The notes beneath the pieces are model-generated. The model ran no database searches. It was not told the origin of the DNA and saw only the letters and a program-made list of their open reading frames with translations. A stretch of DNA of 63,132 bases, counting the filler, from Rhabdomonas costata (Eukaryota), in NCBI GenBank assembly GCA_019059605.1. It is 48 parts of 48 records of this genome, joined end to end, with 100 filler letters (N's around TTAATTAATTAA, not from the genome) between each part and the next. Parts side by side here need not be neighbours in the genome. Positions count along the whole stretch, not along the records: positions 1 to 1,218 come from JAHMHO010023176.1; positions 1,319 to 2,536 come from JAHMHO010023177.1; positions 2,637 to 3,854 come from JAHMHO010023178.1; positions 3,955 to 5,172 come from JAHMHO010023179.1; positions 5,273 to 6,490 come from JAHMHO010023180.1; positions 6,591 to 7,808 come from JAHMHO010023181.1; positions 7,909 to 9,126 come from JAHMHO010023182.1; positions 9,227 to 10,444 come from JAHMHO010023183.1; 40 more parts are not named here. The stretch is one strand, 5' to 3'. Position numbers and translations under genes: made by a program. This document shows positions 1 to 10,696 of this stretch, piece by piece (positions within the stretch are counted from its first letter, which is position 1; every line of letters starts with the position of its first letter).

Positions 1-190
1 GTTTTGTTTTTCCTTTTCCGGATGATTTCCGCCGTGTACATTGGACGCGTGATTTTTTTCGGGTGGGGAGGAGACCAACCTGGGCTTTGCTGTGCGTTTC
101 GCACTGCGCCAGACCCCAAAAAATTCTCTTTCGCTCACACCAAAATTTGACCGTTCCTCCCCCCCTCCCCTCCCCCGCTACGTTTTGCAG

Positions 191-1170
191 ATCATCTGAA
201 GTCCACCAACGTGTTCAGCCAACTTCGGCAGATTCTTGAAGAACACAGCTCTACTGAACTCGACGACGTCGCAACTCATACGGGGAAGGTCATGGATGTT
301 GTTCGCGAGAGGGGCTTGATTCAGAAGTTGCTGCAGTCCCTGCACGACGAGCATGGCACTTCGCCCGTGCAAAGTCTTTCGCTTCCGGCTCCATCGTCCA
401 GGCGTACGCTCAAAGGCCACCGCTTTCTCCACGTGAGAGTTTTGGGTGGGAGGTGCTCTCTCTCGCTCTTTTTCTTTGCCCGCCCGCCGCAATTCGTTAT
501 CTGCGTTATTCGAAAACCTTGGTCAACTTGAACGATGGCTTGACCCCTTCGGTTTCCCGTGGACGTCTTTCTGTACACTTTTTTGTTCACTCTGCTGGTG
601 GGGTAAACAAAAGCTTCAGAAGGAAATAAATAACATAAAATAAATGACCGGATAACTCAAGAGCTAGCCACCCTTGTCTCACCTCTGTCATTCAGCTGCC
701 TGTTGTTCTCCCCTTTACTTCACCACATTCTTTCCTTTCCATTGCGAACAGTGCCGTTATTCGTGACGACCACCCTTCCTTCTTCAATTTTGGAGACTGT
801 TCGTCACCATTCAAAAGATCCCTTTCTTTCACGACAGCAAGAACTTTGCTGTTCACGCCCCAGTGAGTCATTTTTCTGCTATTGTTGTTGCAAAGCCAGT
901 TCGTTAGCATAGCATTGCAGGTGGTGTTTCTTCTTTCAGAGCTTTTCTGGACCATCTCGACACCGACCCGGCAATAGGAACGTCGTCGTCCTCCTCTCCC
1001 AAGTCGGCCCCTGAGGTGTATATTGCAGTGCTTTTTGGGAGCCAAAGATGGCAGAGCAGGGGTGTCAGCTGTGTTTGCGACCCGCCCTGGGACGAGGACT
1101 TTTTATTGGACCTGGATGCGGAGCGTGGGCTTCTTCCCATGACAGCTACTTCCCAGACTTCCCCCAACCG
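191..1170 (+). CDS. CEP76: Centrosomal protein CEP76 homologue, N-terminal/C2 region (partial, spliced)
   Basis: Exons 191-452 and 940-~1170 with a GT-AG intron at 453-939. Spliced product ...HRFLHVRVLGGR|AFLDHLD...FGSQRWQSRGVSCVCDPPWDEDFLLDL matches the CEP76 motifs YLYLQVLGGKAFLEHL and QRFRSKPVPCACEPDFHDGFLL. Confidence 0.85.
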
Positions 1171-1218
1171 GTGCTCTCTATGCGCGTTCTGCGTTCTGTG
1201 TGCACCCGAGGTCAAAAC

Positions 1219-1318
1219 NNNNNNNNNNNNNNNNNNNNNNNNNNNNNNNNNNNNNNNNNNNNTTAATTAATTAANNNNNNNNNNNNNNNNNNNNNNNNNN
1301 NNNNNNNNNNNNNNNNNN
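1219..1318. other. Artificial contig spacer (first of 47): N44-TTAATTAATTAA-N44
   Basis: The same 100-nt spacer, with stops in all six frames, recurs every ~1317-1318 nt and divides the window into 48 contigs of ~1214-1218 nt. Confidence 0.99.
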
Positions 1319-1353
1319 GGTGGGTGGGGGAACAAGACGTCCAAAGGGAAAAC

Positions 1354-1999
1354 CTGGCTGGTGGCCTGGATCACCGCGGAGTGGGTGGAGACCAGCGCAG
1401 CTTCGTCCACGGCCAGCAAGTGAAACCCTGAACGACAAAGTGCGAGAAAGCGTGTGCCGTACGGGCACGCGCGTGCATGTGTGCTTGGGAAGGTGCATTC
1501 GCAGGTGTGAGTTTGGGTGTGGGTTTGTTTTCCAACAAAGAGTACCCGACCTTTCTTAGTCAGTGGCAAAGCCACCGATTTTTGCGGACGCTGTTGAAAC
1601 TTGAAATTCCCTCTCAGACTCTGGCCATTTTCTCTTCACACACAAATACATAGGCACGCCTCCGATGTCCATCTGTAGCGCAGAAACGTTGCGGTGGTTC
1701 AGGTTCCCGACCTGCCGCTGCACAACAGAGTGCTTGCGGAGAGACCCATCCACCCCGCTCCTACTCCCACTGGCGCTGCTCCGGGGCTTGCGCTGAGTAA
1801 GGTCCTCTCCGGATGAGGACACCGAGATGCGCTCCGTGGCAGCGGCGGGCGCAGGGGCCACTCGGCGTGAGGTCTTGCGGCTGACGCCCAGCTCGCTGCG
1901 CTTCTCGTCATCCGCAGTCTCAGCCTGATTCTCATCGTTGGGGTGATGCTCCGGTGCGCCCGCGCCCAGCACGGCCTCGGGGAGGAAGGCCCGGAACTC
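1354..1999 (-). CDS. Class III adenylate/guanylate cyclase fragment (coiled coil, linker, start of catalytic domain)
   Basis: Exons 1999-1660 and 1427-1354 joined by a GC-AG intron give EFRAFLPEAVL...NLNHRNVSALQMDIG|GFHLLAVDEAALVSTHSAVIQ. DIGGF resembles the DIxGF metal-binding motif, and EFRAFLP resembles the pre-catalytic helix of protist receptor cyclases. Confidence 0.6.
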
Positions 2000-3079
2000 C
2001 TGCAGGGAAGATACGACCCTGGTGTGCTCCATACAGCCAGGCTTTCTGGTGAAGCCAATTGGACAAGAATGCACATTTCTGGACTGGAATGAGAAAAAAG
2101 AGCAAAACAGAGCCTCAAGAATTCTTTTGGGTTAAACGTTCAGCACTGCAGAGTAGCCAAAGCTTTCCAAAACCCTTTCAATGAAACCGTGTCTATCCAG
2201 CAGCGGAAAGCGTAAAAAATACAGATAATTACATGCACAAATGCACGTACCGGCGCACCCGACGTCGCCATTCCTAGTTACATCCCACCCCAATAACCTG
2301 CTGCACAGGGGGGATATTAGACCATCAGATACACGAGAACCTCGAATGTAGGCAACATATCCAACTTATCCCCCCCCCCCAACTCAAAAATAAATGCAAT
2401 GAAAGAATACATGCGACCACACAGAGGCCCCTGGCTCGGCCCAAAAACATAGAACTTCAATAAGACCTCACCCCCCAAATGCACTGAAAGAATACCATCA
2501 GCTTGTTCACCATCGTCCCGAAGAAGGCCTGGATGTNNNNNNNNNNNNNNNNNNNNNNNNNNNNNNNNNNNNNNNNNNNNTTAATTAATTAANNNNNNNN
2601 NNNNNNNNNNNNNNNNNNNNNNNNNNNNNNNNNNNNTTTTTTGGGTATGTATCGATTTTTCTGAGCTCCTGTAGCTGCCCAAGTGTCGTGGCGTGATGGT
2701 CTGCTTATGTGGAACATGATATTTTCCCTCGCTGACTTTCCCAATCATTCAGAAATGCAAACGGCAATGAAACGTACTGTCTATCTTACGGTTCCCATGC
2801 ATGACTGGTCGATTGTGCGTTGCTTTTTGGGTGTTCTCGCTGAGAAAAAAGGCAACCTTATTATGTGTTTTTTTTTTGCAGCTTTCTGTCCCACCTTTGT
2901 TTTCCGTCTTTCTCGTTACTTGTGCGCGAAACAAAGTAAAGGAAGCAGCTTTCCGTGTGCAACTCAGCGTGATATTGTAGGGGCCAAGATATCAGTATAT
3001 TTTGATTGCGTTTTGGCCGAGGGGGTGCACCGCGGGCGACAGTGCAGTGTGTGGCGGTGGTAAGGGTCATTCGGCTGAG

Positions 3080-3625
3080 ATGGCGGAGGCCTTCGTCGCC
3101 CTTCCTGAGGGCATCGAGGATCACACTCTGTTCCACGTCCGGACACTGGTCAACACCGGGAACTCCTTGTACCGCTCTGGGCATTACCAGGTCTGTGTCT
3201 GTGCGACCTTTCTCAGTCATCATCTCAAGTTTTGCTACTGCTCGGGACTCCGAGGCCCCCATGAGGGGCTAGAGTTGCCTTCACCCAAATGCCTGAGCGA
3301 GACCAGCGTTTTAGACCGTGATATGGATTCGAGCCGCTTTCGGTGCCTGACAGTATCCATTACAGTGTGCACCCTTCACACCCGCTTAGTGTTGGAATGT
3401 TGTGTTTGCCTTGCCTGCCTGCTTTTGGTGAGTTGTACACGGGGTGCTTGCCGCTTGTGTGGCTCTTGTCCGCAGGATGCCCTGCAGTACTTCTCCAGGG
3501 CTCTGCGGGACCTCACTTCGCACATCAAGTCGACCTCCGAACTGACCCCTAGTGGGAAGATGCTCCTGAGTAACCTCTACAGCCGCCACGCGGCGTGCGC
3601 CAACAAGCTCCAAAACTACCCCCAG
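3080..3625 (+). CDS. TPR-repeat protein, N-terminal part (spliced)
   Basis: ATG at 3080; exons 3080-3190 and 3476-3625 with a GT-AG intron at 3191-3475. GNSLYRSGHYQ|DALQYFSRAL...LLSNLYSRHAACANKLQNY fits the TPR consensus. Confidence 0.75.
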
Positions 3626-5272
3626 GTGATAGGGCGAGGATTTGGGCGAAAGATAGTCGTGGCCCCGGTCCATTACAGGGGGGTGGCGGTGGCACACATC
3701 CGCAGACGAGGCAAGGCGGGGTGCTTCCAGAAGACCCCCCCGGAATGCCGTTATCTTTCACCTGGTTGGAGTGCGGTACAGACGTTTAGTGGGGGCAAAA
3801 CGATCGGGTAAAGTGACGTGAACTTTGTCCTGCGCATTTAGCGCCACCCCCCCCNNNNNNNNNNNNNNNNNNNNNNNNNNNNNNNNNNNNNNNNNNNNTT
3901 AATTAATTAANNNNNNNNNNNNNNNNNNNNNNNNNNNNNNNNNNNNNNNNNNNNTTGTTTTGGTTTCAAGGGGTGAGAAATGGGTGTATCCTGCGGTAAG
4001 TCCCTGCTTTGTCTCAGCGTGCCCTTGCTTACCGTGTCTGCCTGCCGTGGCTCGGGCCTTGATCACTGTGTGTAGGGCCTGGCCCTCCTCCAGTTCCTCT
4101 CACCATTTTCCCCGTATGGGGATGAGTGAAAAGATGAAAAGCGTCCTTTATGGGGTCGGGCGGTTAGGCGATTGAATGGGGCGACGGGGGATTGTGTTTT
4201 TGGAGGTATCCTCTGATCCTAGTTGGAGACGATATCCTCCCTCTCCCTCGCTCTCTCTTCCCAACCTCTCCACCTCTCCACATCATGACTCCCCGTCTTC
4301 TGCAATCCGAGGAAGAGAGTGGAAAGGAACGCTGTGCATCTGGAGTTGGGGAAGGAAGGACGGCCTGACTGGACTTTTTGCACTGCATTCTGGTTCTGAA
4401 CTCAGACCCTCCGGTCCGTTTGCTTTGCCCTTCCCCCCCCCCCCAAAAAAAAACAAATGAAGTGCAGATAGCTGTGAAGGTGCAGAGTTTGCGTGGGGAG
4501 TAAAGAGAGCCTCTCTTTGGAACCTTTGGTGGATGCCCAAAATGGGCACTGGAGATCTCTACGTGTAATTTTCTACCGCGAAGCAGACTGAGTCCGACTT
4601 GGGGAAACAGCGTGAAATGGCTAAGTGTCCGTTGACCAATATTTTGCCAGCTACATACAGGCCCCCCGTCAGGTCAAAAGTTATAGCTCAAAGCGTAAAA
4701 AGCATTTCATAATATACTTTAAGAAGAGCGCACACACGCACTCACGCGAGAGACCTCTACCCACACACCAACAAGATGTGCCAGCACTGTGATTGCAAGT
4801 GAGCCCAACCCATGACACTGAACCCACACCGGAACGCAGCACAACGCAGCAACCCATTACATAAGAACCACACACCATGACCAAAGAAGAAGAGGCAGCA
4901 CCAATAGAAACACCACGACCGGTAGAAGCAGAACATGAAACCAGCACTGTAGATTCCATATTATCAGACATACCAGCACCGACAACGCAGACACCAACAG
5001 AACCATATCCACCGCACCACTTCCAACATCCACACACCCAACGCCAGCACTACCACAGTAACGAAAACAAGCACCCACACCCAAAGCTACCACCAACATC
5101 CAATGCAGCCGTGACACCAATGCACACCAACCCCATACCAGCACCTACTCCACCGACGACAGACCAACAAACNNNNNNNNNNNNNNNNNNNNNNNNNNNN
5201 NNNNNNNNNNNNNNNNTTAATTAATTAANNNNNNNNNNNNNNNNNNNNNNNNNNNNNNNNNNNNNNNNNNNN

Positions 5273-6466
5273 ATTAGTCGCATGGTTGAGTTCAGGCCGC
5301 GCTTCGGCGGGGTCAATGGAGCGAAGGAGAACGTGCCGAAGGGCCTCCTTCTCCGTCTTTACTTCTGCAGCGAGCAAAAATCTCTGGCATCTCTCAAAGG
5401 CATTCTTCCCGCGCGCCTGCTCCAGAACCCCTTGGGCGACTGCAAAGCGGTCACTGTGGGACTCCGGGAGGGCATCCAAATCGTAATACGTGATGGTTTC
5501 TGCAGTGGTGTTGTGCAGAGCCCCGATAAAGACGGTGTCATCCGGGATGGTGATGCCATAATCCTGCAAAAGAAAAAATACTCACATTGAAAGGCACAAT
5601 TCAAACCGAAAAAGTTAAATTCACCAGCATTCAATTGGGCAAACGTGTAAGCAAGTCAGAATCCGAGCAAAGACTTGTCTTCAGCAAAAGGCACGAGCAT
5701 AAAGGCAACCAAACATAATGACCTTGATCAGGTGCTCCCGCACCACTGGGTGGTTGGCCAGCCGCGCGAAGAGCCGGGCGTTCGGGCCACCCTCACGCCC
5801 ACTGCAGGCACCGCAGTTATATGCCGCCATGAACGGGTTGTTCACACTGGTGGCGCCGTGACCCATCACGATCACAACAGGTGCGAAGCGATGAGTTTCT
5901 TGGACGCCAACGTTCTTGAAAGTTCGAGCCAGCAACGTGGCCCCCACATCTGGCGGAAAGGGCAGCTGAAAGTCGGTCCGCGGAGTCTTTAGAAACGGGT
6001 CCAAGAGTAGGTCCTTCATCTTCTGCCTTATGGTGGGGGCAAACCCAAACACATACAGCCGTGCAAGAGACAGAGGAAACAGCAGAGACAACCCAAGAGA
6101 CCCTACGGGAGAGAAGGAAGCTTTCTCCCACAGCAAAGACATTTTGTAAACAAGCCGCCTGCGGCGGTTAAACCGCGCGACGGAGTTGTCACCCCGATCT
6201 CCTTCCACCAAGGTGCCGCAAGGAACGTTTCCCTCCGGCGCCAGAACCACAGGGTCGCTGCCATCGGCGGACTGGTACTTAATTGGAATATCGAAGAAGC
6301 CCGCCACACCGAAGGTTTCAACCTCAGGACTGATGCTTTCAGCATGCCGGCGCAGCGAGCCCACCCGGTCGTCGATGCATGCGTACAGCTGCAATTGCGG
6401 GCGGGCGGAGCCCTTAGAGACAGAGTTGTCGCCAATGGCACGGAGAATAGCGCTCTCAAACTTCTC
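5273..6466 (-). CDS. dabA: DabA-like (DUF2309/PF10070) beta-carbonic-anhydrase-like inorganic carbon transporter subunit, internal fragment with spliceosomal intron
   Basis: Exon 6466-5723 is preceded by a pyrimidine tract and AG; exon 5563-5273 follows a phase-0 GT-AG intron at 5722-5564. Motifs: ACIDDR..SLRRHAE, ETFGVAGFF, MGHG.TSVNNP...AYNCGAC.G..GGPNAR, IPDDTVFIGALHNTT, ERCQRF, RSIDPAEARPELNHATN. Confidence 0.93.
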
Positions 6467-6616
6467 CTGAGAAACGAAAGAATAACCACANNNNNNNNNN
6501 NNNNNNNNNNNNNNNNNNNNNNNNNNNNNNNNNNTTAATTAATTAANNNNNNNNNNNNNNNNNNNNNNNNNNNNNNNNNNNNNNNNNNNNGTGTGGGTGT
6601 GTTTGGTTGGGGGGGG

Positions 6617-6641
6617 GAAGCAAGCAATGAAGCAAGCAAGA

Positions 6642-6696
<55 letters not shown>
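6617..6696 (+). repeat. (AAGC)n tetranucleotide microsatellite, intronic
   Basis: Near-perfect tandem aagc units are directly visible. Confidence 0.95.
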
Positions 6697-6745
6697 GTAG
6701 GCTTAAGGGGGAAAATGGGAACAACACGGGGCCTCTGGCACTGAC

Positions 6746-7542
6746 CTGGGCAGCACCGAAAGGATGGTCGCGCTGGCCCTCTGGATCAGGGACACCGAGT
6801 TCTGCGTGGATATCCCTCCCACGGCGACCTCCAAAGAAACTCCGGAGCACCCCTGCTTCCCGCCGGCCGGCGTAGTGCATACCAGGGTGGTGTCGTTGAT
6901 CACCATGGGGCTGGGGTCCACCAGCTGTGAATTCCATTTCCGTACATAGGACACACAAAGAGAGTATTGCTTGGCGCTGAACTGTGCTGACGCCCAACGT
7001 TCCTGAAGGTGCGGTCATCCGATCGGTAACACAAACAGTGAAACCGCTTGCACGCTGTGATATGCTGGAGACTCCGAGAGAAGGTAATAACAGCCACATA
7101 CACACAAACACAGAGAGTGGTGTATTGTCTAGGGTCTTGTCCCGCTTGAACGCAGCCTCTGTCTCGAGAGCACGCATAAACACAAACCGGCACACTGGGA
7201 CGTGGGTACTTCTCAGGGAGAAGGACGGACTACCTGCCATTCCATCACACTGCCCTAAGCATGGTTTGGCTAGAAGTACGAGCCCACCCTTGGGATGGAC
7301 CGCCACATGCCCGTGTGTGGGCGCCCGAACGGACATCAGTTCGTCATGGTGATACCACGGGGTTGAAGCTTTCGCATGCAGCAAGGAACAGTCGCCTTCA
7401 CAAGGTCAAAGGGAGCCCAATACCTTCGCAAGTGAGCGCAAATACAAGCGCACACACATGCACACCGTTCCGAAGAGACACTGGACCGCCAACGTCGAGG
7501 AGTTCACAAACCCATCACCCACAACAGTAATCTTGGTGCCGC
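6746..7542 (-). CDS. IPT/TIG-domain surface protein fragment (spliced)
   Basis: Exons 7542-7466 and 6924-6746, joined in phase 0 by GT-AG: GGTKITVVGDGFVNSSTLAVQCLFGT|LVDPSPMVINDTTLVCTTPAGG...VSLEV, the IPT/TIG consensus. Confidence 0.8.
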
Positions 7543-7914
7543 CTGTTGGTTGTTGGTGGGAAGAAAACCCGTGAGGAGGCTGGCGCACCCCAGAAAAGGT
7601 GTTTCTGATCCATGGCATAAGTGCTCCCCACGGGAATTAGCATTCCACGCCGGCGAATCAAGAGTTTAGCTCAGCGACAGAAACCTTAGTGAAAAAAAAC
7701 GTAAGGCAGGAGAAAGCACGTCGTTTTTGGAAAGCCCACCGCGCCCTTGAGAGCGCGATGCCGCCGAGACAGGCGCAGATCCAGCTTCCAACCCCACAAA
7801 ATTTTGGTNNNNNNNNNNNNNNNNNNNNNNNNNNNNNNNNNNNNNNNNNNNNTTAATTAATTAANNNNNNNNNNNNNNNNNNNNNNNNNNNNNNNNNNNN
7901 NNNNNNNNGGGTGG

Positions 7915-8049
7915 GGTGCTTGCTAAGCTTAGGAAATGAAATAAAACGCTCCTATGGCTGCCGACCCCGCTGCCGGCTACTGCATTAACGGTGCGCCGGG
8001 TTGTTGTCCTAGGAGCGTTTTATTTCATTTCCTAAGCTTAGCAAGCACC
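7915..8049. repeat. Perfect 40-bp inverted repeat at contig start
   Basis: 7915-7954 is the exact reverse complement of 8010-8049, with a 55-nt loop. Confidence 0.95.
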
Positions 8050-8550
8050 ACGCCCAAAATACGTCGCCCTGAAGCTGCGACGCTTGCAGATATTTTGTCG
8101 GGTTTTTTGTTTTGATACCGGCAGTGAATCTCTTCTCCCGCCTTGAGGCAGTGACGTTGAGCGGACGAAGAGAGCCTGGCCGGGATAGCGGGGTGACCAC
8201 TTGCACAGTTCTTGTGTGTGGACCGAGGACAGAAATCTTCGGGCGCATGACAATGTGTTGCTTCTGTCGTGTGCAGGTTTGTTTCGCTGACGAAGTCCCG
8301 CTTTGCTTTGTCGTCTTCGCGCGCATTTTGCGTGCGTGGAAATTCCAGAGCTTTCTCACTTAAGAAAAAGGTTTAGCAGTATAGGGACCATTTAGCGCAC
8401 CGCGCTCGAGCGACCGCAGCATCTTTGGTACTGTCTCTGCCTTTCTATCAACTCACCCCTTTTCTCTTCATGGCATTTCAGGAGAGAATCCCCCCCGAAG
8501 ACCTATGCACAAGCACATGATTTTTGCCCACCCGATACTGCGCAGGCTGG

Positions 8551-8930
8551 ATGCTGCTACTGGCCGTTCTGCTGTTTGGTTTGCGCTTCCCCTCGGAGCG
8601 CTGCCCAGGCCTTGCCTCTGCGGAACCCCCCGCCGCTTCTCCGCCCACTCGAGCGGAGTTGGTGTTCCAGAACACCATGGCGGTGCTGCGGCAGCATCGC
8701 AACCTCTCCCAGGCCGCACCCAGGATCCCCATGTGGCCCCCGTCATGCCCCTTCGCTGGGCCAGCGCCCTACTTGCAAGCTTTCCTAGCGCCCACCCCCA
8801 CGCGCTCGCGGGCTGCGGTGCTGATCATTCCCGGAGGGGCGTACGTGGGGGTTGCTGTGTCCAGCGAGGGCCCGTTGGTGGCGAGGTGGTTCACACAACG
8901 CGGGATCTCTGCCTTTGTGCTGCGATACAG
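8551..8930 (+). CDS. Bacterial-type alpha/beta-hydrolase (acetyl/feruloyl esterase-like), first exon with signal-like N-terminus
   Basis: MLLLAVLLFG... followed by YLQAFLAP...RAAVLIIPGGAY...SEGPLVARWFTQRGISAFVLRYR; similarity ends at the donor AG|GT at 8930/8931. Confidence 0.75.
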
Positions 8931-9226
8931 GTTCGCCAGGGGGGCGGGGTGGATTGGGAAGTGTGGTGTTTGGTCGTGTTTTGCGTTTCATTCAAAGTCC
9001 TACAGTGCTTTGGGCCATTCCCGCGAAAAGGCCTTCTGGACTCCGCGAATTTTGTGCCCCGCTGCGCGTTTCCTTGGAGTCTTTTCTCGAAGTTTTGCCT
9101 GCGATTCACGGATGTGAACCAAAACANNNNNNNNNNNNNNNNNNNNNNNNNNNNNNNNNNNNNNNNNNNNTTAATTAATTAANNNNNNNNNNNNNNNNNN
9201 NNNNNNNNNNNNNNNNNNNNNNNNNN

Positions 9227-10444
9227 AAGTTATTCCAAAGCGGAAGCGTGGTCGGTCTCCTGGCATGCTGCACCCACAGGCCGCTTGAAGCGGGTAATCA
9301 ACCAGTCAGCACACGGTTACGGGACATTTCCTGCTCCCACGCCGCAGCATAGTCTAGGCATCCCACCCGTGAGAGGAAAGAGTGGCTGCCATGGCCACAG
9401 TTTTCTATGGCCCACGGTCGTAACTGCAAGTGCTGGTCAAGGGGTACGTCCTTACTGGGCCAGTGTGACAGGGTCACCCCGCCCACAGTAGTAGAGTTCA
9501 TTACCAGCTCAGGCAGAAAAGCGTGTGGATAGCGCGCCCCGAAACATCGACCACGTGGAGGTGGGACGATGCCGTGGGCTTCACACGGGAAGAACGGAGG
9601 CCAGGATCTCACCCAGGTGGCCTACCAAGCATATGGCCCTTAACTTCCCACTAAACGCAGGAAGAAAAGCAAGGCCAAACGAGGCGCAGACTTGGAGGTC
9701 AGGGTTGGCCTTCGCCTTGAGCAGGACACCACGGGTACCATCATCACCTTCCTCTAGGGCGTAGTGCAGCGCGGTCTTGCCCACGGTATCCTGCACTTGG
9801 GAAACATATAGACCGTGGTCGTGGTGCACGGCTATAAAAGCGCCTGCACAAAAACCTGGAGGCCACCTTCCATTCCGAGCAAGGGGCATAACCTAATGCA
9901 AACAGGCGGAGCCCCAAAGTAGAGAGGCTTCCCACCCGTACCAAGAAATAAGATTCCCAGCACAGTGCTATGCTAGCAGGAGCTTCACAAAAAGAGAAAA
10001 AACCATTTACCCACAAACAGCTTCTCAAGTTCTCAAGTTCACAACAAAGCTTATCAAGTTCTCAAGTTAATCATCAACTACGCCATCCTGCAAGTCAAGC
10101 GGGGCCTTCGAGTCGATCCAACTCTCCACCACAGAGAGGGGTGCTTTCCTCTGGTTGGCGCAGTGCAGCTCCGTAGAAAGTTCCAGCCCACTGTCCAGCC
10201 TGCGCACATGCCAGGGCCACTCCACGCTGCGCACAGCACTAAAAAGAAAGGGAAAGCACGAAAAGCTGTGGGTGAGCAGTGAACTTCCCATAACTTACCG
10301 CAAACCGTCGGAACCTTAAGTTACTCCAAAGCGGAAGCGTGGTCGGTCTCCTGGCATGCTGCACCCACAGGCCGCTTGAAGCGGGTAATCAACCCGTCAG
10401 CACACAGTTACGGGACATTTCCTGCTCCCACGGCGCAGCATAGT
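9227..10444. repeat. 127-bp direct repeat at both contig ends (9227-9353 and 10318-10444; 4 mismatches)
   Basis: Direct comparison of the two copies; implies a repeat unit of ~1091 bp. Confidence 0.9.
9692..10238 (-). CDS. Ankyrin-repeat protein fragment (spliced)
   Basis: Exon 9790-9692 (99 nt, AG/GT-bounded) encodes exactly one repeat, DTVGKTALHYALEEGDDGTRGVLLKAKANPDLQ. An upstream exon at ~10238-10081 has a degenerate repeat, TELHCANQRKAPLSVVESWIDSKAPLDLQD. Confidence 0.75.
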
Positions 10445-10696
10445 NNNNNNNNNNNNNNNNNNNNNNNNNNNNNNNNNNNNNNNNNNNNTTAATTAATTAA
10501 NNNNNNNNNNNNNNNNNNNNNNNNNNNNNNNNNNNNNNNNNNNNTTGGTTTTCTGCCTCATAAAATGACCTTTGTTTGCTGATTAATTGCATGGATGCTA
10601 AGGAGGTTCTGGAGCGGTAGCGGTTTAACGTCCGCTTTTGGGTCCCTGAGAATATGTGCAAGGCCGCACAAAGCTTGCCGTCTCTGTCCTGGGCAG

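Noticed and set aside
3002-3811. 269-aa ORF as a single-exon protein
   Set aside because: It reads through an in-frame intron and flanking DNA; only two exons are TPR-like.
5273-6490. dabA contig as bacterial contamination
   Set aside because: It contains a stop-bearing GT-AG intron that restores the conserved frame when removed, plus a second acceptor site.
6539-7384. 281-aa ORF with LLAC repeats resembling a membrane protein
   Set aside because: The repeats are the translation of an intronic (AAGC)n microsatellite; the real IPT exons use a different frame.
5273-9126. dabA, IPT protein and esterase as a gene cluster or island
   Set aside because: They lie on separate contigs that appear ordered by length; adjacency is not biological.
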